This document shows positions 24,841 to 38,756 of a stretch of DNA of 64,000 bases, piece after piece; position 1 is the first letter of the stretch, and every line of letters begins with the position of its first letter. This DNA is from Epiperipatus broadwayi. Its lineage: Eukaryota; Animalia; Onychophora. The notes beneath the pieces are model-generated. The model saw only the letters and a program-made list of their open reading frames with translations. It had not been told where the DNA came from and did no database searches. A program made the position numbers and the translations under genes. The DNA lies in contig JAQFVV010000007.1 in NCBI GenBank assembly GCA_028023455.1, forward strand, positions 17,298,001 through 17,362,000. The letters are read 5' to 3'.

Positions 24841-27226
24841 AATGTGTAATATTTGATTCATAATTTAGCCTAACATAGCTTTCATCATGATGGATAGTAT
24901 ATAAATTATTCAGAAATATGTAAAAACACTGATTTTTCAAATTCATTAACAAATTTGGATATTATAAACCTATACAAAATTTTACTACAGCATGAATTAG
25001 ACTGAATTTTTATGAGTCGAGTTTTGCATAAAACTGATCAGTGCAAATTAGATCTTAGCATTGTTTAAACTTCTTATAATCTATAAAAATGCTAGTCAAG
25101 TTCATTCCTTCCATATATAACAACAAACTGTTAGTAAAACAAATTAAAAGTCAACAGTAATTCCATACAAAAAAAATACTGAATTTAAATTGCTCATTAT
25201 AATCAGACTGCAATTAGTTTAAATATAGATAATATATTATCAATACATTTATATCTTCTAAATCCTTTTAACATTTTTAAAAGTTTTAACTGTAAATGAA
25301 ATCTTAGTATTGTTTGAACTTCTTATAATCTATGAGAATGTTTTAGTCTAGTTCACTCCTTCTGTATATAAAAACAATTCAACTGTTAGTAAAAAAAATT
25401 GAAAGTGAATTTTTGAAAATACATTTTAATTAAAACTTTTAAAAGTTTTAGTCAATTTTTCTATTGAAGCATTGATTCTGTTCAGTACATGGGTGCTTCA
25501 TCCTGGTTGTGGGATATTGTGATATGGACCACTGATAAGTGCTGGTCCAGCACAAAATATATATATTGGAGATCATTCGTCTTTCTCACACGTATGTTGC
25601 CATGTCTATTGGTTATACAAGATGGAATAGATAACTGTAGAGAACTTGAAAGGGTGTTTGTATCCCTTCTAATTACACCCAGTTTAATATACACAATATA
25701 CATATACTTAAATATAATATACATAAATTTATAAATTAATATTAGAAAATACCTTTGTTGTCAGTGAAATGTATGGATCCATTGATAGAATGTCTTCAAT
25801 TGAAATAATTACAAATACATTAAAATTAAAAAATGTTAACATTACAATAACAAAATTTATTGTTGAAACATTAAACTTTATTGATAAAAATATTTCTGCA
25901 TTTACTTTTATATTCGGTGATATTTCAAAGCCTGTGAGTTATTATGCTGGTCTTCATATTTGGAATATCAATTCACTCAGTTTTTGTTTCTATTAGAAAA
26001 TCTTTAATTTGTGACTAGAGTGATTATTACTCTGGCAATTGACACTTTTACTAACTATTGGCTCATAAATGGTATATCAAAACAATTTTCCTCATCTTCA
26101 AATTTTCATACTACATCATATTGATATTCTTTACATCTTGTTACAAGGTGAGAATGGCAGACACAACAGTTCATGATCCAGGCATCCCAATTCAGCTTAA
26201 TCACTTGCAGCACTCAAATTTTTGATGATCTTCTGAGTGACAAATGATTCACTTTATTTATCTATTGGATACATTGTGTTAAGCAATTCTAGGTATCTGT
26301 CATTAGTTAATCTACTTTTGCTCCATATGTTATAATTTGATTTAAAGAGTCTCGTGATAACTTTGCAAAACTCAAGCTGTCAAAGCTATGTAGTGTCATT
26401 CACCTAATGATTATACTTTCACTTCTCTAACCATATCTTCATAATGAAAACTTGAAAGTTTTTAGTTTTATATTTTATTCAGTCTCATTTTCCTTTTCTT
26501 TTTGCTGAATAATCTATTATTAAATCTATATTGGTATCATTAATTTATAATGATATTTATAATAATAGATTGCAATAAATATCGGCAGCAAAATCACTTC
26601 AAACTGCATGGTATTAAGCAGTTATGAGCTTCTTTCAAATCCAAAACAACAGGAAGTGTATTAATTAATTCCTCATACCATTCATAATTTTAAGGACAAA
26701 CTAGAACCACATTTAAATTTTTGCCAGACATCAATGACATGTAACACCTTGAGTAGTTCATTACAACGAAAAAATGCTGAGTTTGGAATGTGAGGATTTG
26801 CTGAGATCAAAATTCCAGTGACTATCAAGCAATAAACCATTGATGATGATTATTATTATTATTATCACTTCCATACTGCAAATCAATTATTTATATTCAT
26901 TATTGTATTAACATGCACATGACTAATGAATACATATTCTTTGCTTTGCTTTTGTATTTTTGTTTTAAACCATCAAAACACCACATGATCACCATTTCAT
27001 ATGCCTACAAATGATCTATAGAATTACACAGAATGACAAAAATCTAGTTAATAAAAGAAAGATGCAGGAAAAATCGGCAATAAAAGGTCAATCATGATTC
27101 AGAAAGGTATGGTTATAAAAAGGAAATGGATTTATGTTTCTAAAAAGCATGGTATATAGTTAAATCATGTATAATTAGAAGACTCCATTTCATGTCTATT
27201 AAAGACATACAAAATTATAGATATCA

Positions 27227-30200
27227 TCATCATCATCCTCAATCATTATCAATCCACTGCAGGATGAAGGTCTCTCCAAGTTCAATCCATCTTCTCCGAT
27301 CTTTAGCTTCTCTTCTCCACAACACTCCTGCACACTTTCTTATTTCATCCATCCATCTCACATATGATCTCTTTCTGGGTCTTTTACAATCTCTTGGAAT
27401 CCAGTTTAAAATTTCAATTGTCCATCTATTATCATCTCTTCTACCAATATGTCCAGCACAACTCTACTTGTCTTTTAATTTTTTCAATGAGGTCAGTAAC
27501 ACCTGTTTGTTCTCTTACCCATATATTGTGTTTTCGATCTCTTCTTGTTACTCCCAACATGCATCTCTCCATACTTTTTTGAGTGGTCTGAAGTCTCTGT
27601 ATTGCTCTTCTATTAAGTGTCCAAGTCTCAGATCCATAAGTAAGAACTGGTAAAACACATTTATTAAAAACCTTCCTTTTCAAACACATAGGCATATTTC
27701 CTTTTAGTATCAAGTTATTTCTACCAAAAGCACTCCAACCAAGTTTAATTCTATGATTAATTTCATCCATTATGTTTCCATCTGTATTAATAATCTGACC
27801 AAGGTATTTGTAACTGTTAACTTCTTCTAACTCATCATAATCAATCTTTATTTTCATATTTTGAGAAAATCTATTAAACATTACTTTAGTCTTTTTAACA
27901 TTTATCTTTAGTCCTACTTTCCTACTTTCATCTGATAACTCCTGCAACATTTCCTGCAGCTCTAAAGCATTATTTGCAAAAACAACTACATCATCTGCAA
28001 AATCTAAATGACTTAAATAATCTCCATTTACTTTCACTCCTTTAGCTTCCCATTTTAATCCACAAAATACTTCTTGCAGCACTGCTGTAAAAAGTTTTGG
28101 AGATATGGAGTCACCCTGTCTTACACCCTTCTCAATGTTGACTTTCCTAGTATCATTATGTAATCTAATTGTTGCTGTTGCATTTTTATAAATATTCTTT
28201 AAAATATGACAATATCCTGGATCTATACCTTGATGATCCAATGCTTTAATCACTGAAGAAATGTTTATAGAATCAAATGCCTTTTCATAATCTACAAATC
28301 CAAAGCATAATGGCAACTCATATTCATTTGTCCTTTCTATAACTTCTCTCAATACCTGGATATGATCTACTGTACTAAAACCACTTTTAAATCCAGCTTG
28401 TTCTCTTGGTTGGTGGAAATCCAATGTTCTCTGTAGACGAGTTGTAATTATCTTGGTAAAAATTTTGTATAAAACTGATAAAAGGCTGATAGGTCTGTAA
28501 TTTCTAATATCTTCTTTATCACCTTTTTTAAATAATATTAATACTGCATTCTTCCAATCATCTGGTACATCTTTATCATTTAGACATTTGGTATATAACT
28601 TTGCTAAAAAAAATTCTATTTCTTCACCTGCTTCTTTTAATATATCAATTATAATTCCATCATTACCTGGAGCCTTTCCTTTCTTCATACATTTAATTGC
28701 ATGTCTCACTTCTTCATTTAAAATTCTGGGCAATTTGGAAGATGTAATAGATATAGGAGGTACTTGTTCTTTATTACTATATAATTCTTGATAAAAGTCT
28801 TCTACCCATTTCATGATGTCATCTCTCTTTTTAGTAATAATTCCATCTTTTTTTCTTATTGCAGATATAAATTTCCTACCAATACCAAAATGTTGTTTTA
28901 CACTCTTGAGACTTTTATTCTCTTCTACAGCTTTCCTTGCTAGTTCACAGTTATACTTTCTTATATCATTTTCAACTCTTTTCCACACCATTTTACAAAA
29001 TTCGAGATATTCAATCCTTTTTAATGCATCATTTTTGTATATCTTCATATTCCTTCTTTTCTTCATAAATTCTCTAGTCTCAGTAGAAATTTTATTGGTC
29101 AATTGCTGCTTTTTTCTACCAGCTATCTTTGTTGCAGTTTTTAAAAGTGTATCAGTTATTTTCATATTAATTTCATTCAAATCTGAATCATGTTCAAAAT
29201 CTACTAATACTTGAAACCGATTTGTAAGTTCTAATTTAAATTCATTAGAATGTTTCTGAAGATTAGGAATATCAACTGTAAATATTGTTTTTCTTAATAA
29301 TTTTTGTCTCTCTAGTTTTGCATTAACACATATCTTACATCTTACTAATCGATGATCACTTCCTGTGTTAAATTTATTAAGAACATTACAATCTTGAAAT
29401 ATGTATTTTCTGTTAGTCAAAATATAATCCAATTCTGCTGTACCTTCATTTGGATGCTTCCATGTCCATTTCCTTTTAACATTTTTCTCAAAAAAAAAAT
29501 TCATAATATAAAGTTTTTCTTTTTCTGCAAACTCCACAAGTCTATGTCCTCTCTCATTTCTATTACCATAACCAAAATTACCTACAGCACTTTCATCTTT
29601 CATTTGTTTACCAATTCTAGCATTAAAGTCTCCCATAACAATTTTAAAATGTTGTTTACTCTGATCAAAAGCCTTTTGTACATCCATATAAAAATCTTCT
29701 ACTACTTCATCACTATGAGAACTTGTTGGGGCATAAACCTGAATTATCTGCATTTGGTATCTGCTATTAAGTTGTATAACTAATCTTGCCACTCTGTCCG
29801 ATACACCATCAATCTCCACAATGTTGTTCTTCCACTTTTTATTTATAATGAATCCTACTCCACTTGTATTTCCAATATTTGTGCCTTTATAATAGAGTAC
29901 ATGTCCACTTTTTAAATCAATTGTCTCTTCATCTTTTCTTCTAACTTCACAAAGTCCAATAATGTCCCATTTAATATAAGACAGTTCTTCTTCTAATTCT
30001 TGCAATCTTCCTTCACTTGAAAGTGATCTGCAGTTGTAAGTACCTAAATAAAAAGTCATCATCAAATGGCAGCCTGGCTCCACAATCAGGAGATTCTTAG
30101 CACCCTCCACCTTCGGCCACCAACTGTTGCCTTGGTTGGTGACTTTACAGCCTCCTGGGAATAAGGGCCATGGTTTATTTTTGTCTGTCATAATTGCATA

Positions 30201-30413
30201 TATTGGGAAAATATTTATCATTTACACAAACTTTCATTCTGCCTTATCAGGCAACTGAGAAGAAAGACCATGGTGATTCTTGATCTAAAACTCACAGGTA
30301 AAAAGCCAATAAACTCACAATGCTGGCTAATGTGTGTTGGTGAGCAGCCTATCCAAGTTTGTATACTATATAAATAATCACATAATAATAACAGCTGCAA
30401 TGACAAGAATGTA
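27227..30413 (-). mobile_element. RTE-clade LINE, copy 2, near full length with (GAT)n 3' tail
   Basis: Single APE+RT ORF, 5' UTR shared with copy 1, and tail 'gatgatgatgat' at ~27227-27240 on the minus strand. The host block is split (compare 8500-8570). Confidence 0.95.
27441..30221 (-). CDS. RTE endonuclease-reverse transcriptase (926 aa; probable late frameshift)
   Basis: APE motifs plus FVDYEKAFD, QGDSISP, DFADD and YLGQ. It ends ...IKRQVELCWTYW where RTE proteins normally continue KWxWAGH, suggesting a frameshift near 27470. Confidence 0.9.
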   Translation of the reverse strand: MINIFPIYAIMTDKNKPWPLFPGGCKVTNQGNSWWPKVEGAKNLLIVEPGCHLMMTFYLGTYNCRSLSSEGRLQELEEELSYIKWDIIGLCEVRRKDEETIDLKSGHVLYYKGTNIGNTSGVGFIINKKWKNNIVEIDGVSDRVARLVIQLNSRYQMQIIQVYAPTSSHSDEVVEDFYMDVQKAFDQSKQHFKIVMGDFNARIGKQMKDESAVGNFGYGNRNERGHRLVEFAEKEKLYIMNFFFEKNVKRKWTWKHPNEGTAELDYILTNRKYIFQDCNVLNKFNTGSDHRLVRCKICVNAKLERQKLLRKTIFTVDIPNLQKHSNEFKLELTNRFQVLVDFEHDSDLNEINMKITDTLLKTATKIAGRKKQQLTNKISTETREFMKKRRNMKIYKNDALKRIEYLEFCKMVWKRVENDIRKYNCELARKAVEENKSLKSVKQHFGIGRKFISAIRKKDGIITKKRDDIMKWVEDFYQELYSNKEQVPPISITSSKLPRILNEEVRHAIKCMKKGKAPGNDGIIIDILKEAGEEIEFFLAKLYTKCLNDKDVPDDWKNAVLILFKKGDKEDIRNYRPISLLSVLYKIFTKIITTRLQRTLDFHQPREQAGFKSGFSTVDHIQVLREVIERTNEYELPLCFGFVDYEKAFDSINISSVIKALDHQGIDPGYCHILKNIYKNATATIRLHNDTRKVNIEKGVRQGDSISPKLFTAVLQEVFCGLKWEAKGVKVNGDYLSHLDFADDVVVFANNALELQEMLQELSDESRKVGLKINVKKTKVMFNRFSQNMKIKIDYDELEEVNSYKYLGQIINTDGNIMDEINHRIKLGWSAFGRNNLILKGNMPMCLKRKVFNKCVLPVLTYGSETWTLNRRAIQRLQTTQKSMERCMLGVTRRDRKHNIWVREQTGVTDLIEKIKRQVELCWTYW

Positions 30414-32667
30414 TAAAAATCTTTTAAAAAGTCAGTAATGGTAAAACTATATATCTGAACTTAATGAACATTCATGGAAGAGAAATTTTACTCAGAGTTG
30501 ACAATCTCTTTTGTCTGCAGTAAAACATAGAACCTGATAAATAAAAAAGTAACAGACTTTCAGGACAATGAATGTTTTTAGTACAAGTAAAACAAAGCAG
30601 AAGCAAATTCAAGATGTGGCTATCTTTAAATTTCAGCTGAAAATCATAGAAATTTCAAAGGTAAGAATTGATACGAGGAACTGCAATACACCTTAGGATG
30701 CTGTAAGTTTAGCTGATTATCTAAAGTAGAATAAAATTTTAAATTGCTTCCAGAAATTGGTAATAGGGCAAAGCACTTGTTTGGATTATGCCACTCTTAT
30801 TGTGGCAATGATTTCCTGACTGGGGAACTCAAAATAGGCCTATAATTTTTCAAAGAAAGATTATTTTGTTTTGAATATATATGTTGTTTATATTCAGTTG
30901 AATTTTACTTGAGAAAGTCTATTTGTTAATAGATAAAACCATGGTTATGAGAGAATCGTAGTAAATTTTGTATTTGTCTAGTATTTCAATGTTATATAAT
31001 GTGTCTAAATTAATAGTTTAGTGGTAGATATTGTTAAGTAAAATATTAGAAACAGAGTGGGATAAAGCACTGAATTAAGCATGGTAAGTAAGGCTTGGTT
31101 TATATAAGAATAAGCTTTAAGTGCAAGTAATACTCTTGTTTTTAAAACTCTTACTGAAGGGGGAGTGCACAAAGATTTATACATTAAAACAAACAGCACA
31201 AGTCAAAAGATTAACTTCATTCTATCTAGTTTTATATAAATGCATCTATAAATAAATAATGAAATAGTACAAATATGTAACTTCTTAATTACATTATTTT
31301 AACTTATGACACATCTTTCAAATGGTAATATTTAGACAAACTAACTTTCTCTGCTTGAAAGATCATAAAACACTTTCGTAGATGGCACAAATCAAATTAA
31401 AATTATTCTCTATTGTTACACATAATTTAATTAAATATTTGAATACAAATTTCTTTATTAATAAAAAGCTGAAGAAATGTTTCTTTAACAAAGACTAATT
31501 GTTTAATCCTTCATTTTCCCTTGAAAACTGTAAAATGGTATTCAAATAAACACCTTATGAAAAATAGTTTGACAAAAGGTAGTATAAACCATAGATAAAA
31601 AAAAAAAAAGAATCGCATTTTGCCATAAGAGAATGTCCATTATTTGGTAAGGATTAATACATTGCATATAAGGGTATCAAAAACCTCAAATATCAAGGAC
31701 TACAGTTATGTCGTCATATGTACTTTACAGTAAGTTATATTTCAAAAGCTACATATGATTTTACAGCAACGTACATTTCACTGTTTTTGATACCATAATA
31801 TATAAGTATATTCCAAAGATGTAATGGGAAATAATATTTTTGCACTGAATTCATATAATGCCATATGACAAAACCGTAAATCTGTTTAATTATTAGTTGA
31901 ACTGCCGTCTAGCGCTAAATGCGGTAACTTTTTATAATAGGCAACTGGTCGTTTCCTTCTGTATTTTAGATCTTTTTATATAGAATTATGCAGAAAAGCA
32001 ATAGCCAGAAAGCAATTTCAATTCACCCTATATATATAAACCAGGAAGCAACTTGATTAATTATCCCATGGAATAAAATTGGCTTAATTTTTTGCAAATA
32101 TAGTTTACTAATTTTTAAATAATACATTTATTTTTACTTATACTTTTTTTTTTTTTAGTTTTCAATTCATTAATTATACAGTGAAATTTATGAAATAAAG
32201 AAGTTTTTTATTAAATATATATAAATTGCTACATTTCAAATATGTTTTGCAATGGATAAGAACGCATTTTATTTTTTTAATCACTTCTTGAGGTTTGGAC
32301 ATTTTTTTCCCTATTGAAAATCCCAAGAAATATATCCCCAAAAGTAGAAACCATAATTAAAAGAGACTCAAATAATTGTTTGTAAATATATTAATGACTT
32401 CATCCAGAATTGATTTAGGATTTCAATTTAAGAAGCCAACATAATAGTTTTCTTAAGGTTAAAGGATTTAATTTTGATTTTTTTTTTTTTTTTTAGCAAT
32501 GTAAGATATTGTATAACATTTGATTCACAATTTAGCCTAATACAACTTTTATTCCTCCACAATTCATTGAGTGTTTTAACTTAAAAAACCAAGACAATAC
32601 GTTTCCCAAGACTAAAGATTTACTCTTTTTTTTTTTTTTTTTTTAGCAATGTAAGATAATGTATAAT

Positions 32668-33290
32668 TTAATGAATAATATTTCTGTGGTGTAATTTTCA
32701 CTAGATCATTCTCATGCCAAACAGTGACTGGTTTCTATCCACTTTTGACAATATATTTGTGGAGGAGTATAATGCTAAACATATGACCAAAGACATGTTA
32801 AAAGAATGTATGATTCCCATGATGCATATTTCATGCTGAACCACCATTGATCAGTGTCAAACTTACTGCCCTGACAACTTTGACAATAACGACTTAACGG
32901 AAGTACACTAATAATTGTTATTAATCATTTATTAGATTAGAGATTGTCCATTTAATGAATAATATTTCTGTGATGTAATTTTCAATGTTGTGAGGGTGAT
33001 AAGTTTGACACTTGCCAATTAAATGGTAGTACTTAGTTATCTTTATATATATTGAATGGTTATAAATTGACTAGCTAATGCTGATTTAGCAAGAAATGTG
33101 CATCTGTGGAATCATATATTTCTTTTACATGGCATATGTTTATGATTAGATCTCTCCAGAAGGTGTTAAAAGGAGATAAAAGGAACTCCTATCTTGCATG
33201 AGAGTTGTGTAATAAAAATTACACTATAAAAATATTATAGATTAAATGGATTGCTCTAGTTCTAATGAATGACTAGTAAAAAATATTAAT
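32668..33290. repeat. Inverted repeat H1, copy C (internal deletions in both arms)
   Basis: Same pairing as copies A and B; ~70 nt missing at ~32857 and ~23 nt missing at ~33067. Confidence 0.8.
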
Positions 33291-34004
33291 ATATTGTGTA
33301 ATATTTGATTCAGAATTCAGCCTAATATAGCTTTCATCATGATGGATAGTATACAAATTAATAAGAAATATGGAAAAACACTGATTTTTATTCATTAGCG
33401 AATTTGGATATTATAAATCTATATAAAATTTTATTTCAGCATGAATTAGACTGCATTTTTATGAATCCAGTTTCACATAAAACTGATAATTGTAAATTAG
33501 ATCTTAGCATTGTTTGAACTTCTTATACTATGAGAATGCATTAGTCAAGTTCATTCCTTCCATATATAAAAACAATTCAACTCTTAGTAAAAAAAATTGA
33601 AAGTCAGCAGTAATTCCATACAAAAAAATACTGAATTTGAATTGCTCATTGTAATCAGACTATGATTAGTTTAAATATAGAAAATACATTATCAATATAT
33701 TGCCATTTTCCAAATTCCTTTAACATTCATAAAAGTTTTAAATGTAAATTAGATCTTAGCTTTGTTTGAACTTCTTATAATCTATGAGAATGTGGTTGTC
33801 AAGTTCATTTTTTCTGTATATAAAATCAATTGAACTGTTAGTAAAAAAAAATTGAAAGTAAATTTTTTAAATTGAATTTTAATTAAAGCTTTTTAACGTT
33901 TTAGTGAATTTTTCTACAGAAGCACTCATTCCATTCAATACATGGACTCTTCGTGCCTTGCATGGGAGATGGTGGTATGGACCAACTGATGAGAGTTGGG
34001 CCAT

Positions 34005-34007
<3 letters not shown>

Positions 34008-34049
<42 letters not shown>
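34008..34049. repeat. (TA)n microsatellite expanded inside an H0 right-arm copy
   Basis: Direct reading. Other copies have only 'aatatatatattgg' here. Confidence 0.95.
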
Positions 34050-34054
<5 letters not shown>

Positions 34055-35189
34055 TCATTGATCTTTCTTACACATACAGAGCTATGTGTATTGGTGGTAC
34101 AAGATGGAGTGGAAAGTTGTAGGGAACTTGAAAGTGTGCTCGGGTCACTTTTAATTACACTTAGTTTAATATACACAATATCCATATACTTAAATATATA
34201 CATATCAGAATAAACTAATTGATGTTTCGTTTTTGTGTGTGTGGTAGTAAATAAAAAAAGAAAAATAAAGAAAATAATGTGTTTAAAATCATAAAAATAA
34301 TATAATTTTTATTTTTTAGAATACAAACCTGAAATAAATACATTTTACTGTCATGAACTCACTGTTAAACAAATAATATGTTTGAAAACATAAAAATATA
34401 ATTTATTTAGTCAATAAACATTTTAAAAAATTAAATTGGAGATGATAGCTTGGTAATAATTGATGGCTATAAATCTATTATAAATTTAAATCCAAAAGGA
34501 TATCTATCACCATATAGGAGTAGGTAGTAATAAATGCAAATGCATGATATGTTTTCATACCATAATAAGATAAATTAATTATGTTTGGTAACAAAAGTGT
34601 GAAAGCAAACATTTATCTAATGAAATTGCAGCTAGGTCTTTAATTTCACTATTTTTATGTTGTCCCACTAAGTGGCACTGTGGTATTAGAATTGATGACA
34701 GTTTTCAAATAAGATACTTTCTTCCCATATTTTAAAACATATTATTTGTTTTTCAATCATTGTCTGCTACAAAAATATTATTTTCATGTTTGTTTTCTAA
34801 ATAATATTAGTGTCAAGTTTTCAAACATATTACACTGTATTAATTAACTAATTCTGGTCCAGTTTAGCATGAAAATGGGGACACCATCAATCGATAAAAT
34901 ATACAGGCAAAACGTACCAAATAATCTTTATTTATTACAAAATTATTTATTCGGATCAATTTCAGCATTAATATTATTAGAAATATGTTGTTTTAAATAA
35001 TATACAGTTTATTAAAATGTTATCGATACAGGAACACTCTGAGAATATAATTAAAAGAATAGCTAACTCACCATACGTACAATGGATGAAAGACTGTTTG
35101 CACATAAAAGCCCTATTTAGTGCCTACTAATACACTATCTTGAGATTACGTTCTAGCTTGTGACCTTTATTATAGAGATGCCTTGTATT

Positions 35190-36150
35190 TGAGAGCACAA
35201 AATTTAGAACTAGGATCTAATGCAACCCTCCAGCAGCCACCATTTAACATTTTTAGTTAACCATAAAGCTATGAGTTCAAAATAAAAACACTAATGTTTT
35301 CAGAGTAGTGCCCCAGTGTAAGGTATAATAATCAAAGGATGCAAGAAATATTGTGCTTAAAGTATCTATTTAGTGCCTACTCATCCAATATCCCTGACTA
35401 ATTTCTAGCTTATAATTTTCATTAGTAATAGGCTGCAGATCAGAGAGTACTGCACCTAGTTCTTAAGATTTAATACAACCCTCCAGCAGTCACCTTTTAC
35501 CATTTTCATTAACTAAAAACCAGGCTGGGATATTGTATGGCCAGTACTAGATATGTATTTTACCCACAAGCCATCTTGAATCCACTGATTGCTATGGCTT
35601 GCATTATGTGGCATTGTAGTGTAGAGTATGCTACCACTTTAACAGCTTGTGCAAGCATAGGAAAGGGTGATTATATGTTACTAAGTGGTTTAATACTCAT
35701 ATTACTCATTTGGATTATGGTGACTACAGTTATTAAAGAGCCTACGGCAACAAAATGTATAGATACTTAACTGGGATCACATTTGTATGATTGTCCAAGT
35801 GAATGAGCTTGGATTGATAATGTTATTTTGTTTTTATTTTGGACTTGTATCTTTATAGTTAGCCAAAAAGATAATGGATGACTACTGGAGGGTTGTATTA
35901 CATCCTAGGATCTAGGTGCAGTGCTCTCAGATCCAAATCTCCTCACTAATGGAACCCACTAGCCAGAAACTAATCTGGGAACATTGGATGAATAGGTACT
36001 AGATAGATTTCATGCATAAACCTTATTGCATTCATTGATAAATATGGCTTGCAATAGGTGGCACTATTGTATGGGGACGTTGCTACTGTTTTAATTGCAT
36101 GGATAAATGTAAGAAATGGTGGCCATGTGATGTTTAGTGGGAGTATGATT
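35190..36150. repeat. Palindrome H2, copy B (first forward subunit partly deleted)
   Basis: 'taatgcaaccctccagcag' at 35218 and 35471 vs 'ctactggagggttgtattaca' at 35942; 35300-35520 pairs with ~35840-36080. Confidence 0.8.
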
Positions 36151-38756
36151 TTCTATATAACAGTCATAAATGTGAAACGGGAAATTATTAATAATCTAGT
36201 GGAATGCATTAATTGCTTGAGTTTAAGACTGCCTGCAATATCTTGCATCTTTTGAAATGTTATTCTAATTGTAAAATGATTCCGCTCTAACAGCCTATTT
36301 TCACAGCAGTTGCTTTTATATTCAGTGACATTTCAAAGCTTGTGATGATCGTCATATTTTGAAATAACAATTCACTCAGTTTTTTGTTTCTATTAGCCAG
36401 TCTTTATAATATGATTAGAGTGATTATTCCTCTGGTAATTGACACTTTTAATGGCTATAGGCTTTTAAGTGGCATATCAAAACAATTTTCTTCCTCTTTA
36501 CATTCCCATACTGCATTATTTTGATATTCTTTACATTTTGTTACAAGGTTAGAGTGGCAGCCACAAGAGTTGAAGGTCCAGGAATCACAATTCAGCTTAG
36601 ACACTTGCAGTACTCTAACTTTTGATGATCTTCTGAGCAATAAATTATTTATTTATTTATCTATTGGATATATTGTGTTAAGCAATTCTAGGTATCTATC
36701 ATTGGTTAATCTATTTTTGCTTCATATCTTATAGTTTGATGTAAAAGGTCTCATGACGAACTTGGAAAACTCAAGATGTCAAAGCCAAGTAGTGTCATTC
36801 ATCTAATGGTTATACCTTCACTTCTCTAACCATATCTTTATAATGAGAACTTTTAATTAATTTTATCTTTTATTTAGTCTCTTTTTTTTTTTTCTTTTTG
36901 CTGAATAATTTATTATTAAATCTATATTGGTATAAGCAATTTATAATGATATTTATAATAATTGATTGCAATAAGTATCAGCAGCAAAAACCACTTCAAA
37001 CGGGTTGGTATTAAGCAGTTATGAGCTTCTATCTCATGCAAAACAGCAGGAAGTGGAATAATTAATTCCTCATACCATTCACAATTTTAAGGACAAAATA
37101 AAACAGCATTTAAACTATTGCCAGACATCAATGACATGTAACATTCTGATTGGCTCATTACAATTAAAAAATGCTGAGTTTGGAATGTGAGATTAATTGA
37201 TTGGCATTCTAGCTTTGTCATTTGCAGAGATCAAAATTCCAGTGAAACCCAATCAATAATCCATTGATGATGATTATTATTATTATCTGTTATCATATCG
37301 CAAATAAATTATTCGTATTTATTATTGTATTAACATGAACATGACTAAACCTATTCTTTGCTTTGCTTTTGCAATTAAGTTTCAAACCATCAAAACATCA
37401 CATGTTCACCTTTTCATCCAGGATGATGAAAATCTAGTTAGTCAAATAAAAATGCACCTGTTTGGAATATGCTATTCTTACTCTTGCACTGATTAAGTGT
37501 CTGAGGAAATCAAAATAGTCCTAAAAAATTTCAAAGAAAGATTATTTTGTCTTGTATTTCTATATATGTTGTATATATCCTGTTGAATTTCACTTGAGAA
37601 AGTCTATTTGCTAATAGATGAAACCAAGGTTATGAGAGAATTGTAGTAAGTTTATATTTGGTCAGTATTTCAATGTTATATGATTTTATATATATGTATG
37701 TGTGTGTCTAATTTAATAGTTTAGTGCTAGATATTGTCATGTAAAATATGAGAAAGAGAAGAGGATCAAGCCCTGAATTAAGCACAGTCAGTAAGTGTTG
37801 GCTTATATAAGAATAACCTCTAAGTGCAAGGAATGCACTCATGTTTTTAAAACTCTTACTGAAGGGTAGTGCACCAAGTTTATACATTAAAACAAACAGC
37901 GCAATTAAGAAGATTAATTTCCTGCTATGTAGTTATATATATATATATATATATATGCACATTTACATAACTAACTAACTGAATAGTACAAATATGTAAC
38001 TACTTTTTTTTTTAAATATTTAACTACTTATTTACATTATTTTAACTTATGACATATATGAAAAAAATTTAGAATCTTTCAAATGATAATATTTAGAGAA
38101 CCTAACTATCTCTGCTTCATAGATGGAACAAATCAAATTAAAATTATTCTCTTTTGTTACATATTATTTAATTAAATATTTGAAAACCAATTTCTCTAGA
38201 AATGAGCTTTATTAAATGCTTTGTGCTATCTATTAATAAAAAGCTGAAAAAATGTTCTTTTAGCAAAGACTAATTGTTTTTTGAATCCACATTTGAACTT
38301 GGAAGACTGTAAAATGGAGAATGGTATTGGAATAACAGACTTTGAAAATTATTTGACAAACGCAAGAATTTTCATTAAACACTAAAAATTAACTAGCATT
38401 TTGCCATAAGAGAATGTCCACTCTTTACCAAATCTTAATTCATCCCATATAAAGGTATCAAAAACATCAAATATCAAGGACTATAGTTTTGTGAATGTAT
38501 GCATTTTACAGTAAGTTATACATCAAAACGTTTATATTACTTTTACAGCATTATACATTTCCCTCTATTATAGTGCCATAATATCTAAGCATATTCCAAA
38601 GGTGTAATGGGAAATAATATGTTTATACCGAACACATATAATGTCATGTGACAAAACCATAAATTTGTTTAATTATTAGTTGAACTGTCATCTAGCGGTA
38701 AATGTAGTAACTGTTTATAGTAGGCAACTAGTAGTATCCTTCTGTATTTTAAATCT

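Noticed and set aside
32850-33075. Compensatory deletions in both arms of H1 copy C
   Set aside because: The deletions (~70 and ~23 nt) overlap only partly in pairing register, so they do not show selection on structure.
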